64,000 nt of DNA from IMG/VR virus record IMGVR_UViG_3300020182_000012; one strand, given 5' to 3'. A program made the translations under genes and the position numbers. Source of the DNA: a virus. The notes beneath the pieces are model-generated. The model ran no database searches and had not been told where the DNA came from. It saw nothing but the letters and a program-made list of their open reading frames with translations. Within the stretch, counting starts at the first letter, position 1, and every line of letters starts with the position of its first letter. This document shows positions 35,988-47,015 of the stretch, in pieces.

Positions 35988-37186
35988 GCAGGGCCTCCAT
36001 ATTCGATTGCATCAGCAAGTTCTTTATGGTGATCACGCAAATCTTGATTTCTGCGCCAATCCACGTCTTTTACTTTCATGCGTAATACGTTACCGTCCAA
36101 GCTGACTCCACTATTGATAAAGTCAATAATATTATTGAATTCTTTTTTATGAAATTCAGTTACATCGGCATTTTGCAAACGTTTAATTGCTATCTGTTTT
36201 GCTGCTTCGGGCAATGTTCCCACACTGTGGTAGTATGCTTCGTGCAACATGTTCCAGTATACAAACTCAAAGGATCTGGTATCAATCCAATTGGCCAGAC
36301 CTTCGAGATACATTACATTAAACACATTAACAGTTGCGCAACATTGTAACTGTATGTTGTTTAGTCTATCTCGTAGATGTTCAAAGCGATCCATGTTGTT
36401 GTTAACCAGTTGCCACTCGGCATTAGCACGTTGATATTCGAATCGTTCGTCAACATCATCAATACTAAATGCAATTTCTACTAGCTTAAAGTGTTTCCAT
36501 ATAGATTCGGCATTCTCTGGATAATGTGTACCATTGGTATTATAGTGTATTTCGATGTTGCCTGCAATGCCTGCGTCTATGCAACGCTGCAACAAGGCAA
36601 AGTGTTCTTGTATCATAAATGGTTCGCCACCCGTGAATTCCAAGTAACGAATTTGGTCCATCATTGGATCAATTTGGTCCCAAAACTTTTGGTTCTTTCT
36701 GGGCCATGCGCCTTTTTGCAGCATTTCATAATGAAAGCTGTCCTTGCCTTCAAACTTGATCTCTTCGGTGGCAAATGTGCTACTGCTCCAGCTTCCGCAA
36801 ATACGACATTTGAGATTGCAAATGTTACCTAGTTTAAAATCAATAAACACCAAAGGCTTGGCATCAGCAGTCCACTCCGTATCTTTTACAATATGCTTGA
36901 GTCGATTTAGTGTATGCATACGTTTACTAGTACGCCCACTGCGTTCTTCGTTCCAGCACTTTCTACATGTCTGCGGCTTTTTAGCATCCAAGAAGTCTTG
37001 ACGCAAGTTGTTCATATAATTGCTGTGGTGTATTTCATTTAGTGTGCTGTTATTGAGATCAAACTTAACACCATCAGCATCTTTGATTTCGTCCTCGGCT
37101 AAACAACAAGGCCGGGTAGTGCCAATCGGTGATGTTTCAATGCTTACCCAAGGCAGCACACAGAATGTATCGTGAGGTAATTTCAT
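35984..37186 (-). CDS. radical SAM/twitch protein (4 of 8)
   Basis: CVLPW, PCC, CRKCW; CNLKCRIC; GGEP. Confidence 0.9.
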   Translation of the reverse strand: MKLPHDTFCVLPWVSIETSPIGTTRPCCLAEDEIKDADGVKFDLNNSTLNEIHHSNYMNNLRQDFLDAKKPQTCRKCWNEERSGRTSKRMHTLNRLKHIVKDTEWTADAKPLVFIDFKLGNICNLKCRICGSWSSSTFATEEIKFEGKDSFHYEMLQKGAWPRKNQKFWDQIDPMMDQIRYLEFTGGEPFMIQEHFALLQRCIDAGIAGNIEIHYNTNGTHYPENAESIWKHFKLVEIAFSIDDVDERFEYQRANAEWQLVNNNMDRFEHLRDRLNNIQLQCCATVNVFNVMYLEGLANWIDTRSFEFVYWNMLHEAYYHSVGTLPEAAKQIAIKRLQNADVTEFHKKEFNNIIDFINSGVSLDGNVLRMKVKDVDWRRNQDLRDHHKELADAIEYGGPA

Positions 37187-38562
37187 AAATCATACTTTCT
37201 AAATTCGTCGATTAACCATGGAAACAACTCGCGCCAATCTGTTTTGCGTCTTGCATCTGTGTTTTTAAGATGGTTAAATAGCTTACCAATCTCTACTACA
37301 TTTGGTTCATTGCTTTTACTTTGTTTTGCAATACCCAACAAATAGTTTTTACTTGAAATTTCTTCTGCTGTTTTTTCGGGTTTTAGTGCTAATGCTTTAT
37401 CAAAGTCATCAGAAAAGATATCTCCAAATATATCAATAAACATGTAACTCGGGCCGTTCACACTGTTTTGATAATGATAAACAGTGCGTACCTTATTCCA
37501 TTCTTGTATTTTGCTTAACAAGTCTGGCAATGTTTTCACAGTCAACGGCGTAACAGTTGAACTAATAATAAGATTAATCCAATCACACCCTAATAGATAT
37601 TCAAAGTTTGTTTCCCATGTTGTTAAATTTAAAGGAAAACGTACATACTCTTGCTGTGGGCCCCAACAATCAAGACTTGCAGTCACTTCAAACTCCCTGA
37701 GGCACCCTATATCTATTAAATGTTTAACACGATTTGTTACTTTTTTTACATAGTCAAGTTTTGCATTTAGATTTGTAAAGATTTGTAATTTCAATTCCGG
37801 GGCAGGATATTCTTCAAACAAGTCTAAACATTCTTCTAGCTCACTCTGATACAAAGGCTCGCCGCCTAATATATTAAAGTTAGTCAGGTACTGCCCGTTT
37901 ACTTTTAACCAATCAAATAGCTTTTGTTTATTAGATTGCAAATTTGGATCTTTGACAAATGCTTTATCACCAAATCTAACATTTTCAGCGTTCCATAAAC
38001 TGCTAAATTTTGGGCCACAATACAAGCACTTGAGATTACAAGTATTGTCAAAGTATATTTCAAGTGTCCTTGGTGTCACATGTGTTGCAATGGGATTATC
38101 ATTTAGCTCAACTGGAGCATGCTGCCCAGGAAAGTCTAAGTTGGTAATCCTGTCACTTTGGCCGCCTGCTTTTTCAATGTTAATGCAATAGTTACATCCT
38201 ATTTTTGGCCAGTTACCTTCTAACATCTGTTTACGATCATCAACTTTGCTTGGCGTATTATGAAAATCAAATTTGTCAATGTCAAACTTATGATGATTGG
38301 TTCTATGACAACTAGCAGTTTCGCCGGTGGTTAGAAATACTGTGCTCCAATTCCATTTAAGCTGGCATGCAGTCGGTGTATTAATTGGAAATGGTTTATT
38401 AACGAGTTTGCTTTTGTGTTTAAACTGCTCTGTGCTATACCCATATAGATTGATGCATTCATCTTGAATATGTTGAGGTAACAATGCAAAGTCTGCTTCC
38501 TGCTTACACTCGGGCCAGCTTGGGTCCTTTATATCATCATAAAATTCTTCCCAGGTGCTCAT
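37183..38562 (-). CDS. radical SAM/twitch protein (5 of 8) with extra N-terminal WxxFYxxIKDPSWP module
   Basis: CQLKW, SCHR, CNYC; CNLKCLYC; GGEP. Confidence 0.9.
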   Translation of the reverse strand: MSTWEEFYDDIKDPSWPECKQEADFALLPQHIQDECINLYGYSTEQFKHKSKLVNKPFPINTPTACQLKWNWSTVFLTTGETASCHRTNHHKFDIDKFDFHNTPSKVDDRKQMLEGNWPKIGCNYCINIEKAGGQSDRITNLDFPGQHAPVELNDNPIATHVTPRTLEIYFDNTCNLKCLYCGPKFSSLWNAENVRFGDKAFVKDPNLQSNKQKLFDWLKVNGQYLTNFNILGGEPLYQSELEECLDLFEEYPAPELKLQIFTNLNAKLDYVKKVTNRVKHLIDIGCLREFEVTASLDCWGPQQEYVRFPLNLTTWETNFEYLLGCDWINLIISSTVTPLTVKTLPDLLSKIQEWNKVRTVYHYQNSVNGPSYMFIDIFGDIFSDDFDKALALKPEKTAEEISSKNYLLGIAKQSKSNEPNVVEIGKLFNHLKNTDARRKTDWRELFPWLIDEFRKYDL

Positions 38563-39845
38563 ACTAATGCTCCTAACTCTGGAATCGCATCCAGTACGTT
38601 TTCTTTTCGTATGCCGTCGAGTCGATTGGTCTTCTGCCAGAACTTGTCCACCAGGTGTGTGTTGTCGGTGCTATCCATATATTGTAGCGCACTTTCAAAT
38701 CCCACTGTTGCTCTGTTCAGTTGATCCAATGGGCGCAGCCATTCCAGGTGTGCTTCGTACTTTTCTTTGATTTGATCTTTGTATGCTTGTGGCGCAATAT
38801 CAATGCGTAAATAGTCTGGATCTTGTAAAATATTTACGTTAAGGTCTTGTGGTTTTATCAAACCTTTTTCAACCCAATCTCTGTGAAAGTCAGGTAAGTG
38901 CAGGGCATTCATAATGCTTAATGTTGGACTAATATAAAAGTCGACGTTGGGGCATATTTCCATCATAGTACGTCTATTTTGTTCTACTTCTTCCCACTTG
39001 GTGCCTGTGCGAATGTATTCGCCGTGTGCACCCATGCCATCCAAGCTTGCACCTACAGCTACACTATCAAACTTTTTCCAGTAATCAAATACCAAACGGT
39101 CTTTTAATTTTGTTTTTGTAAAGTTTGTATTGTATATAAGACGCACGTCGAATCGGCCTCTGCGTTCTAATTCCTCAAGAATACGATAATGCTCGTCCAT
39201 CATGCATGGCTCACCACCTGCAAAATATATCTGTTCTACATGATCTAGGTGCTCGTACAATTGCTCGATCATATCAGCTTCAAATCGACCTGCGTAGTTC
39301 ATTGGCTTGTTTTCTTTAGCCCACCCAGGGCCTGCCAGTACACTTTGATCCTTGTACCAACTGCTACTAAAAATGTGCCCGCAACTGCGACAACTTAGGT
39401 TGCACAAGTTGGAAAATCTGATGTCCCAGTATGTCATTTCAAAGTTGTCGTATTGCCCGTCTTCGTGCGTATTAAGTGCACGACCAATATGATGCCCGTG
39501 GTGCTTGTTTGCACTCTGGCGACCACTAAAAAATCCGCTTTTCTCTTGTTCGTAGCAACGCCCACACGCAGGGTTTTCTTGTTCTAACAACATGTCTTTG
39601 CGTAGTTGCTTTTGCTCTGGGCTATTCCAGATCTCTTCTATTGTGTTGTTTTTACAGTTTCCAACTTGACCAACACCCATTTCGGCATGACAACAAGGGT
39701 ATGCTTCGCCTGTAGGATAAGCATGCAAGTGTATCCACGGGTACATACAAAATGTTTTACTTTCAGAAAGAAGTTCACGTTCTCTTTCACTTACATCTGC
39801 TAGCCTAATCTTAATTGGATCGGCACTGTTATAACTATAGCTCAT
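38559..39845 (-). CDS. radical SAM/twitch protein (6 of 8)
   Basis: CMYPW, PCC, CGRC; CNLSCRSC; GGEP; SLDG. Confidence 0.9.
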   Translation of the reverse strand: MSYSYNSADPIKIRLADVSERERELLSESKTFCMYPWIHLHAYPTGEAYPCCHAEMGVGQVGNCKNNTIEEIWNSPEQKQLRKDMLLEQENPACGRCYEQEKSGFFSGRQSANKHHGHHIGRALNTHEDGQYDNFEMTYWDIRFSNLCNLSCRSCGHIFSSSWYKDQSVLAGPGWAKENKPMNYAGRFEADMIEQLYEHLDHVEQIYFAGGEPCMMDEHYRILEELERRGRFDVRLIYNTNFTKTKLKDRLVFDYWKKFDSVAVGASLDGMGAHGEYIRTGTKWEEVEQNRRTMMEICPNVDFYISPTLSIMNALHLPDFHRDWVEKGLIKPQDLNVNILQDPDYLRIDIAPQAYKDQIKEKYEAHLEWLRPLDQLNRATVGFESALQYMDSTDNTHLVDKFWQKTNRLDGIRKENVLDAIPELGALV

Positions 39846-41187
39846 TGTACCAATCTTTCATGCTAGGAAATGCAGTAGCAAAGTCTTTACCTCTGCGCTT
39901 GTCGTACTGCGTATAAAAACGTTTAAAGTCGTTGTGTAGTTTTGGCATATCAAATGTGTCGCTGTGTGGTGTTTTAACAACATCAAGATAGTCAATCAAT
40001 CGTTCAGTTTGGTTAATCTCATGTTCGTGTAATAATGTATTGTCTCTGTTTGTGTCTAGCCAATTCTGCAAACGATCTTTATGCAACATCCGAATTTCGT
40101 CCGGCAATACCAATGGGCTTTGGAAACTAGGAAAACGTAAAATGTTCAATGTAAAGCTTGGAAAATCTCTGCCATATGTTTGTTTAAATGTTAATAGATA
40201 ATCTAAAAACTCAGGAAGTGTTTCTAAACACAATGCGTTGATTGTGCACATATTGTGCAACCCACGTATTTTACCCGAACTGGCCAACATGTGCATGTTT
40301 CGATCCCAGGTTTCCCATTCTAGTCCGTCACGGATGTATTCTGCTTGTACTGGCATACTTTCATTTGATGTATAAATGTCCAGTGGCGCACTAGCAGCTC
40401 TGTCAAGCAATTTTTCCATGTCGGCAGTAGCAAGGCCTAAGTTACTGTTGATTGCAATTCGTGTGGTGCTTGCGCCTTTATTTTCTTTAAACCAGTCAAG
40501 CAACTTCCACAAGTGGCCGCTCATTGCTGGTTCGCCACCTGTGATGCGCAATTCGTCGAGTGTTCTATGCAAGTCGCTTTCCCACCATTTAAAAAACGCT
40601 TCGATGTATGGGTTTGTTTCGTTGTAAGTGTACAGTTGATTACTGTCATGTGTGTGCGTAAAATGATTGCGACCATCACTGATTAAATCTTCGTATGCAC
40701 CGTGTTTTTTTAGATCTTTGACCCAGGTTGAACTAAATGCTGGATTGCAATAACTGCAAGCAAACTGACAAGTTCTATCAAATGCAATTTCCAATGTTTT
40801 AAGATCAACATCTTCGTTATAATCCAGTGCATGTGCTGATTGCAAATCTTCATCTGAATAGATTACACTTTTATATGTTCTGTCGGATATATTGTCTCTG
40901 CCAATGTCCTCAATCTTCCAGCAATATTCGCAACCTTTTGGCCGCTCGCCGCACTGCATTTGTTTACGCTCTTCTTTTTTACGAAGAGTGTTGTGCAATG
41001 CTTTTGGATTTGCTTGTACTTCTTCGACAGATATGTGATGAGGCAAAGGATGGTGGCAGCTAGTTGTCATACCCGATCCCAACCATATAGTAGCATTATA
41101 CCATTTAGCTCCGCACATACTAGAACTCAATGGATCAAGCACACGTTCTTTGTATTGTAGGTCAGTTTCGTTATTTTGCTTAGGCAT
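39835..41187 (-). CDS. radical SAM/twitch protein (7 of 8)
   Basis: CGAKW, SCHH, CEYCW; CQFACSYC; GGEP. Confidence 0.9.
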   Translation of the reverse strand: MPKQNNETDLQYKERVLDPLSSSMCGAKWYNATIWLGSGMTTSCHHPLPHHISVEEVQANPKALHNTLRKKEERKQMQCGERPKGCEYCWKIEDIGRDNISDRTYKSVIYSDEDLQSAHALDYNEDVDLKTLEIAFDRTCQFACSYCNPAFSSTWVKDLKKHGAYEDLISDGRNHFTHTHDSNQLYTYNETNPYIEAFFKWWESDLHRTLDELRITGGEPAMSGHLWKLLDWFKENKGASTTRIAINSNLGLATADMEKLLDRAASAPLDIYTSNESMPVQAEYIRDGLEWETWDRNMHMLASSGKIRGLHNMCTINALCLETLPEFLDYLLTFKQTYGRDFPSFTLNILRFPSFQSPLVLPDEIRMLHKDRLQNWLDTNRDNTLLHEHEINQTERLIDYLDVVKTPHSDTFDMPKLHNDFKRFYTQYDKRRGKDFATAFPSMKDWYNEL

Positions 41188-41851
41188 TAAAATATAACTC
41201 TTTGTTTAGTAGTTGATATTCAACAATCAGTTGTTTTATACTATTAGTAACCGGTTTATTCAAAATAGTTTCTAAACTATCTGTAAGTGACGAATTATCT
41301 AATCCAAAAATTGTTTTAAAATTTATAATATGGTTTACATTTTTACGATCTAGAGTATTATGCCAATTAATGGTATCCTTATTGAGTTGTTCATGCATTA
41401 TATCAAATACATCTGGATGGTCAAGGTTACTAATATTATATGGAGGAAAGTTGCATCCTGTTGCTACCCACTTGTTGTATTCTTGCTGTGTCCAAAGATT
41501 TGGAAATCCTTTTTTTATAAACAACGTTGTTATGTGTTCAAAATCATCCTCGTCTGCGTCGATTGCAATCACTGTTATATTATTAAACATGGTTTGGAGT
41601 TTACTTACAAAATCATGTTGATGTGTGTAATATATCTTCGCTGGCACACTCTGGTTTTCCCAATAATTTCCCATAAAACATACATCATCTTTGTTATTAT
41701 TGTGTGCCCATACACCTCTATCACACCGATGGTAATCACCATGCGTAGCATCTATACGATTTGTTATCTGTATATCAAGCATCTTGGCAATTATTGTCGT
41801 AAGAAATAATCCACCACTTCCACTAACATGATGTATGCAGATTCTAGACAT
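41180..41851 (-). CDS. hypothetical protein, possibly P-loop/sulfotransferase-like fold
   Basis: N-terminal SGSGGLFL loop and YTH motif; weak assignment. Confidence 0.4.
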   Translation of the reverse strand: MSRICIHHVSGSGGLFLTTIIAKMLDIQITNRIDATHGDYHRCDRGVWAHNNNKDDVCFMGNYWENQSVPAKIYYTHQHDFVSKLQTMFNNITVIAIDADEDDFEHITTLFIKKGFPNLWTQQEYNKWVATGCNFPPYNISNLDHPDVFDIMHEQLNKDTINWHNTLDRKNVNHIINFKTIFGLDNSSLTDSLETILNKPVTNSIKQLIVEYQLLNKELYFNA

Positions 41852-42887
41852 TGAAAATATTTTTCATCTTGTGTTTTTGTTCAGTACTAAATTCTTTTAG
41901 TCTATGTTTATTATAACGCAAATCTGGTAACATGTCAAGATACATTTGTTCAAGTTCAGATTTTGGCATGTCCACTAAATGATGTATCACACTCATTAAC
42001 GCATCATGTTGTCCGGTGGTTTCAACTGGAATATGATCCCAATAATGATTGAATGTGCGGAAGCCTCTGTCTCTCAACCATTGATATGATCTTGGATTGC
42101 CGTGTACATGAAAAGGACGCAATCCTACCATTGGCTTCCAAATTTTTTCTGTCATAAACACAGGCTTCCATTCATCAAATTCAGTTTCGCTTACTACATT
42201 CAAAAAATGATTTTTCCATAGGTCAAGACGTCCAACAGTAACAAGATCATTGGGTACACCGGCATGGTCATCATGATCGCCTTGCGTTTGATTGTACGCT
42301 GCCGGGAGATCATCAATTGTCATTGGAACTACTTCCAGACCTTGTTGCCAATCTGTGCCGTCTTTTGCTGCGCCGCCTAGTGTGACAATACCACGTTCTA
42401 ATAAATGGGGGTTCTCACGCAAAATATTCGTAATTTCAATCCTGTGCCGTCTTGGTTTTCTTTGATATAACATGTATGCAAAATCAGCACTTTGCATTAC
42501 TACTTGGTCTTCTGTGTACGCAGGCATACGATCGTTTGCAATCATGGCATGAAAGTTCCACTCCTTTGCTTCACCTTCGTACATGCCTATTCTGTGTACA
42601 TTTTTAATTTTGTATTTGTTGATTATTTTTTGTAAATCTTCTGTGAAAAGATATTCAGGATCGATTACACATAGCAAAAATAAATTATCAAATTCACCTT
42701 CTAAATTCATCGTTTGTTTCCAGCAATCGTTATCAAATTGACTGCCAAACCATGTTGTGTTAATTAAAAGATTTTTCTCATTCGGAAAACGTTGCTTAAT
42801 TTGCATTTCTGTGCTATCAATTATTTCCAACTCGTCTTTACCGTACGGCCAAGTCAACGGGAAGTGTGTCCCGATTCTTACAAGCAT
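41844..42887 (-). CDS. GT10/fucosyltransferase-like protein, paralog 3
   Basis: VVSET...FMTEKIWKP..RPF..GFRTF. Confidence 0.5.
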   Translation of the reverse strand: MLVRIGTHFPLTWPYGKDELEIIDSTEMQIKQRFPNEKNLLINTTWFGSQFDNDCWKQTMNLEGEFDNLFLLCVIDPEYLFTEDLQKIINKYKIKNVHRIGMYEGEAKEWNFHAMIANDRMPAYTEDQVVMQSADFAYMLYQRKPRRHRIEITNILRENPHLLERGIVTLGGAAKDGTDWQQGLEVVPMTIDDLPAAYNQTQGDHDDHAGVPNDLVTVGRLDLWKNHFLNVVSETEFDEWKPVFMTEKIWKPMVGLRPFHVHGNPRSYQWLRDRGFRTFNHYWDHIPVETTGQHDALMSVIHHLVDMPKSELEQMYLDMLPDLRYNKHRLKEFSTEQKHKMKNIFNV

Positions 42888-43705
42888 TCTATCATTTTCC
42901 TTATCCCGTGCTCCAATGGAGTATCACAGATTAGTCCCAAACTTTGCATTCTTTCAGTGCTACCAACCCTGTGGCCAGCACCTTCTGGTTCATTGGTTTG
43001 CGTTTTAACTGGTATTGTTACACCGTGCACTAGTTTGTAAACTATTTCGGCTACTTCTTTAAATGTAATTGCATTACCAGATGCAATGTTTACAGTAACT
43101 GGTTCTTCTCTATGCAACAAGTATTCAAATACTTTAAGTGCATCATCAATGTACACCCAGTCTCTTGTTTGTGTTCCGCTGCCCCACACACTACATTCTC
43201 CCTGGCGTGCTCTTTCTATTATAGCAGGCAATGGATAGTCCATGTCTTGTCCTGGACCGTATATGCTAAAAGGACGCATAACATGGACAGGAATGTCAAG
43301 TGTTTTTAGCATACCCTCTGCTACTAGTTTGGAGAGTCCATACAAGTCAAAGGTTTTTGAATTTCCAAACTGTTCTTCGTGCATTGGAGTATTCGGCGAT
43401 TCTTGCAAGTGTGTTGGATATGCTGCACAACTACTAGGGTAAATGATCTTTTTACAAAACTCATCTGCCCACTTGAATGTTATTCTATCTATTTCTATAT
43501 TTTCAGCAATACGCCATTTGTTATTGTCTATACCTTTACGCCCGCCCACAAAGGCTGCAAAATGATATAGACAATCAAAACGTTCATAAGGTAAATTGCG
43601 TCTTACATCTTGTGTAAAGGGTGTAACATCATGCCCCTTTTCTTTAAGATACCTAACAGTATTCCTGCCAAGGAACCCGTCTGCGCCAGTGATTAATACT
43701 TTCAT
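42878..43705 (-). CDS. NAD-dependent NDP-sugar epimerase/dehydratase
   Basis: ITGADGFLG, YGLSK, YGPGQ, TRDWVYIDD. Confidence 0.9.
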   Translation of the reverse strand: MKVLITGADGFLGRNTVRYLKEKGHDVTPFTQDVRRNLPYERFDCLYHFAAFVGGRKGIDNNKWRIAENIEIDRITFKWADEFCKKIIYPSSCAAYPTHLQESPNTPMHEEQFGNSKTFDLYGLSKLVAEGMLKTLDIPVHVMRPFSIYGPGQDMDYPLPAIIERARQGECSVWGSGTQTRDWVYIDDALKVFEYLLHREEPVTVNIASGNAITFKEVAEIVYKLVHGVTIPVKTQTNEPEGAGHRVGSTERMQSLGLICDTPLEHGIRKMIECL

Positions 43706-43717
43706 ACAAATATGTAT

Positions 43718-45160
43718 CTATTTTAAGTTGCTGGCTGCATATTTACACTCGGCCCACCAGTCAGCCATTTCGGGGAATGTTTTTAAAAAGTCTGTTCCGC
43801 GCCGGCGATCGTGCTCAGTAAAGAACTTATAGAAGTCTGCTTTATTGCGATTAACGTACTCAGTGGATAGTTTTTGTCCATTGCGCATCCACGCAATATC
43901 TCTGTCTAATCGGTTAACTTCATAGTCTTTAAATCCGTGAAACCGAGTGGCTTCAGTTTCTAGATTGTCCAACATCCAAGACTTAATATTTTCAAGTTCA
44001 TACACATAGCTCTCAGGCAACAGTTGCAGGCTTTGCCAAGAAGGTGTGCGCAGCACAGGTGTATCAAACCACACTCGTTGATACGTTGTACTATATGCTT
44101 GCCTTAGTTCAAGTATAGAAACAAACAATTTGTGTAGAGTAGTTACACTTAGATTGCTCATTGTTATGATAAATGTAACACTGTTACGTTCCGGAATGTC
44201 ACGTAAAAATTGATGTACTCTATCCCACAACAAGTCAAAGTCGAGTCCATGGCGTACATATTCTACTTGCTCGAACATCCCATCCAAGCTTACATACTGC
44301 ATAAAGTGTTCCACAGTGTCTGGTTGACTGCATATTTTTGAGACATACTTCTTGTACTTTTGCCACAGTTTTTCATCTACGCTAAAGTTTGATGTTGTGC
44401 TTAGATGCAAGTCTGACTTGGGATTGGCCAGCACATGATCAAATACTCGATATGTATTTTTATCCATCAACGGTTCGCCACCAGTCATTCGGAAGTGCTC
44501 TAAATCTGGATACAATGTGGGCCACCATTCCCAGAATGCATCGACATACGGATTGTGTTCTCTTGCAGGAATAGGTCTACGTTCACCAGCGAAATGTGCT
44601 GGATGGTTGTGCGGTGTGCTAGTTGGCCATGCACCGTGTTTTTCTGTTTCAGCCATCCATGTTGAACTATACTGCGGCGAACAATAACTACAACTCAGAT
44701 TGCATGCGCTGTTAAAGTCTACTTCAACGTAACTAGGAGTAATGTCTTTGTCCCATGATGCGTTTGTTATTTTTTCAAAATCTTTCATTGCCCAAGGTTC
44801 GCCGCTGCGATAATGTCTATCACTTAGCTTTCCGTTGTCTTCCATAGCCCAGCAGTAATTACATTCAGTTGGGCGCACTCCTTCGAGCATCAACTTGCGT
44901 TGTTGTTTTTTATAATCTGTGTTGTGTAGCGCACTGGGATTTTTCTTAATAGCTTCTGCATCTGCTTTGTGCAATGGCGGATGATAACAACTATTGTTCA
45001 TGCCAGTTGTTAAATGTAAACTAAGTTGTTTCCACTTAGCTAAACACATACTAGGACTTACTGTGTCTAACTTCTGTTGTGCTTGTTCAGCATCAGTGAG
45101 AAAATTACTTTTAAAATTTTCATCAACGCCATCACCTTTGTTTTGTTTAGTATTTGTCAT
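43718..45160 (-). CDS. radical SAM/twitch protein (8 of 8)
   Basis: CLAKW, SCYH, CNYCW; CNLSCSYC; GGEP; SLDG; close paralog of 39835-41187. Confidence 0.9.
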   Translation of the reverse strand: MTNTKQNKGDGVDENFKSNFLTDAEQAQQKLDTVSPSMCLAKWKQLSLHLTTGMNNSCYHPPLHKADAEAIKKNPSALHNTDYKKQQRKLMLEGVRPTECNYCWAMEDNGKLSDRHYRSGEPWAMKDFEKITNASWDKDITPSYVEVDFNSACNLSCSYCSPQYSSTWMAETEKHGAWPTSTPHNHPAHFAGERRPIPAREHNPYVDAFWEWWPTLYPDLEHFRMTGGEPLMDKNTYRVFDHVLANPKSDLHLSTTSNFSVDEKLWQKYKKYVSKICSQPDTVEHFMQYVSLDGMFEQVEYVRHGLDFDLLWDRVHQFLRDIPERNSVTFIITMSNLSVTTLHKLFVSILELRQAYSTTYQRVWFDTPVLRTPSWQSLQLLPESYVYELENIKSWMLDNLETEATRFHGFKDYEVNRLDRDIAWMRNGQKLSTEYVNRNKADFYKFFTEHDRRRGTDFLKTFPEMADWWAECKYAASNLK

Positions 45161-46088
45161 TTTTAAATATTTCAAAATCTTTTGTGGTTAGTTCCATAAA
45201 CCGTTTTTTATTATGCTGTAGTATGGGTTGCATTTCCTGATGCATAGTTCTAAGTTCTTGAGTGCTTTTTTTTGCTAGAGAATCAATGACTTTAATAATT
45301 TCATGCGGTTGATAGTCAGCTGGATCTTCAGCATAACCTTCGTTCCACCAACGATCAAATGTTTGAAAACCCATGTTACGCAGTCTGTGTAAGTGCCATT
45401 GAGGCCCTTGTATTATAAATGGCGTTGAAAGCATTATTGGCCTCCACGTTTTTTCAGTGGGATAAAATGTATTTCCGGTATAGTAGGTTTCGCAAACAAT
45501 TTCAATTAAAAAATTATTATATTCTTGATAAAAATTATGGTGTTGTTTTACTATAGGATAAGACACTTCGTCTTTTATAATAGGTGAATTTTCTAATAAA
45601 TTTACTGTTTGCGGTAATGCAATTGTTCCATATAATTCAACTAACTTGTCCAATCCAAGATTGTTCCTATGAAAGTCCATATTAGGATTATAATGAAATG
45701 TTTGGTTTGCTAAATTGTGTTCGTATAGATAGCCACTTAGATATAACCTGTGTACATTACTGCGTCCAATAAACATTCCAAATGTATTGTCTATAGTTTT
45801 GTTTACTACTACGTCTTTAAGGAAATTTATTGTATCATCTACCCAATTATTTGATATAATATCAAATACAATATTATTAATGTTTTTTTGTACTGGATTT
45901 CTAAAATTAACAACTTTTGCTGGATAGTCGCCAATCAATTCTACTAGCCCAAGTGTTTCAAAGTCTGGACCTTCGCTGTTTAAATCTAGTACCAGATCTT
46001 GTTTTGTTGCCTTGGCAGTAGCAATAGCCGTACAAACTTCAGCAAAATTCCAAACTTTGCTGTCACTGGTAACTACAACTACATTCAT
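45147..46088 (-). CDS. GT10/fucosyltransferase-like protein, paralog 4
   Basis: IVCET...PTEKTWRP..PFI..GFQTF..W.EGY. Confidence 0.5.
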   Translation of the reverse strand: MNVVVVTSDSKVWNFAEVCTAIATAKATKQDLVLDLNSEGPDFETLGLVELIGDYPAKVVNFRNPVQKNINNIVFDIISNNWVDDTINFLKDVVVNKTIDNTFGMFIGRSNVHRLYLSGYLYEHNLANQTFHYNPNMDFHRNNLGLDKLVELYGTIALPQTVNLLENSPIIKDEVSYPIVKQHHNFYQEYNNFLIEIVCETYYTGNTFYPTEKTWRPIMLSTPFIIQGPQWHLHRLRNMGFQTFDRWWNEGYAEDPADYQPHEIIKVIDSLAKKSTQELRTMHQEMQPILQHNKKRFMELTTKDFEIFKNDKY

Positions 46089-47015
46089 CTACCAGCCTTC
46101 TTGACTACGAATAACATCAATCTCGCGAGTCATAATATTTTTATTATTCCAGTTACTACGATAGTGATGTTTGAAAAACTTACTCTGTTCAGGAGAAAAT
46201 GTGTTCATTGGCAAATCTAATTGTCTGTTTAATGCATTAGCATGTTGTTCGACTATGTTAAGTGGATCAGTGTTTTCTATTTCGTTCCAAATTTGTTCTA
46301 GATTGTCGAACCATTGTACTTCTTTATGATCCCAATCTGTTAGCATGGTTTTGTATGTTCCGAGTCTTGCACCAGCAATTGCCCACAGACCGTAATCTGC
46401 ATCGCTACCCACATTTTGCCAGACAGTCAAGTGATCGAGATTGCGACTGTGCACTCGTTCTTTAAATTCGCTGACACTTGGTTTGCGGCCTCTGTCAAGG
46501 CACATCTTTACACCTTCACGAAAGCCAGCACGCCAGGCCTGTTTAGCACTTCCATTTGGATGTGTAGTTGAATAGCAATTGTACATCGGCCAGTACAGCG
46601 GATCAAAACAAAACTCTACATCAGTATCATCTGCGCCTTCACTTGCTTCATGTGTGCGCATGTTCATAACAAACTCTTTTGTCCAAGAACTCATGCCGCC
46701 GTTACCATACATCAAACCATTAACATGATTACGTGCTCTCCAGCGATAAACTGCCTTTTCGTAGCTACTGTCCTTGTATTCAATGGTTTGATTGAAAAAA
46801 GACTCCTCAGGAAGATTGTCACCATCAATTAATATAAAACGTTCAGTATCGCTTGCTTGTGCTGCGGCTTTGTGTGCAGCATCGCTGCCTTCTACCCCAT
46901 CAACACGTTTTGCCCACGGAACCATGTTGCGTATCTTAACCCAAAACTCTTCTTTTTGTGGTTCATCGTAAGAAAGATAGATACAGTCCAAATCGGCAAT
47001 ATCAATTGAATCCAT
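46089..47015 (-). CDS. glycosyltransferase-like protein (SYDE family, DxD)
   Basis: LSYDEP, RVDGVEG, IDGD, YGNGG, QAWRAGFRE. Confidence 0.6.
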   Translation of the reverse strand: MDSIDIADLDCIYLSYDEPQKEEFWVKIRNMVPWAKRVDGVEGSDAAHKAAAQASDTERFILIDGDNLPEESFFNQTIEYKDSSYEKAVYRWRARNHVNGLMYGNGGMSSWTKEFVMNMRTHEASEGADDTDVEFCFDPLYWPMYNCYSTTHPNGSAKQAWRAGFREGVKMCLDRGRKPSVSEFKERVHSRNLDHLTVWQNVGSDADYGLWAIAGARLGTYKTMLTDWDHKEVQWFDNLEQIWNEIENTDPLNIVEQHANALNRQLDLPMNTFSPEQSKFFKHHYRSNWNNKNIMTREIDVIRSQEGW

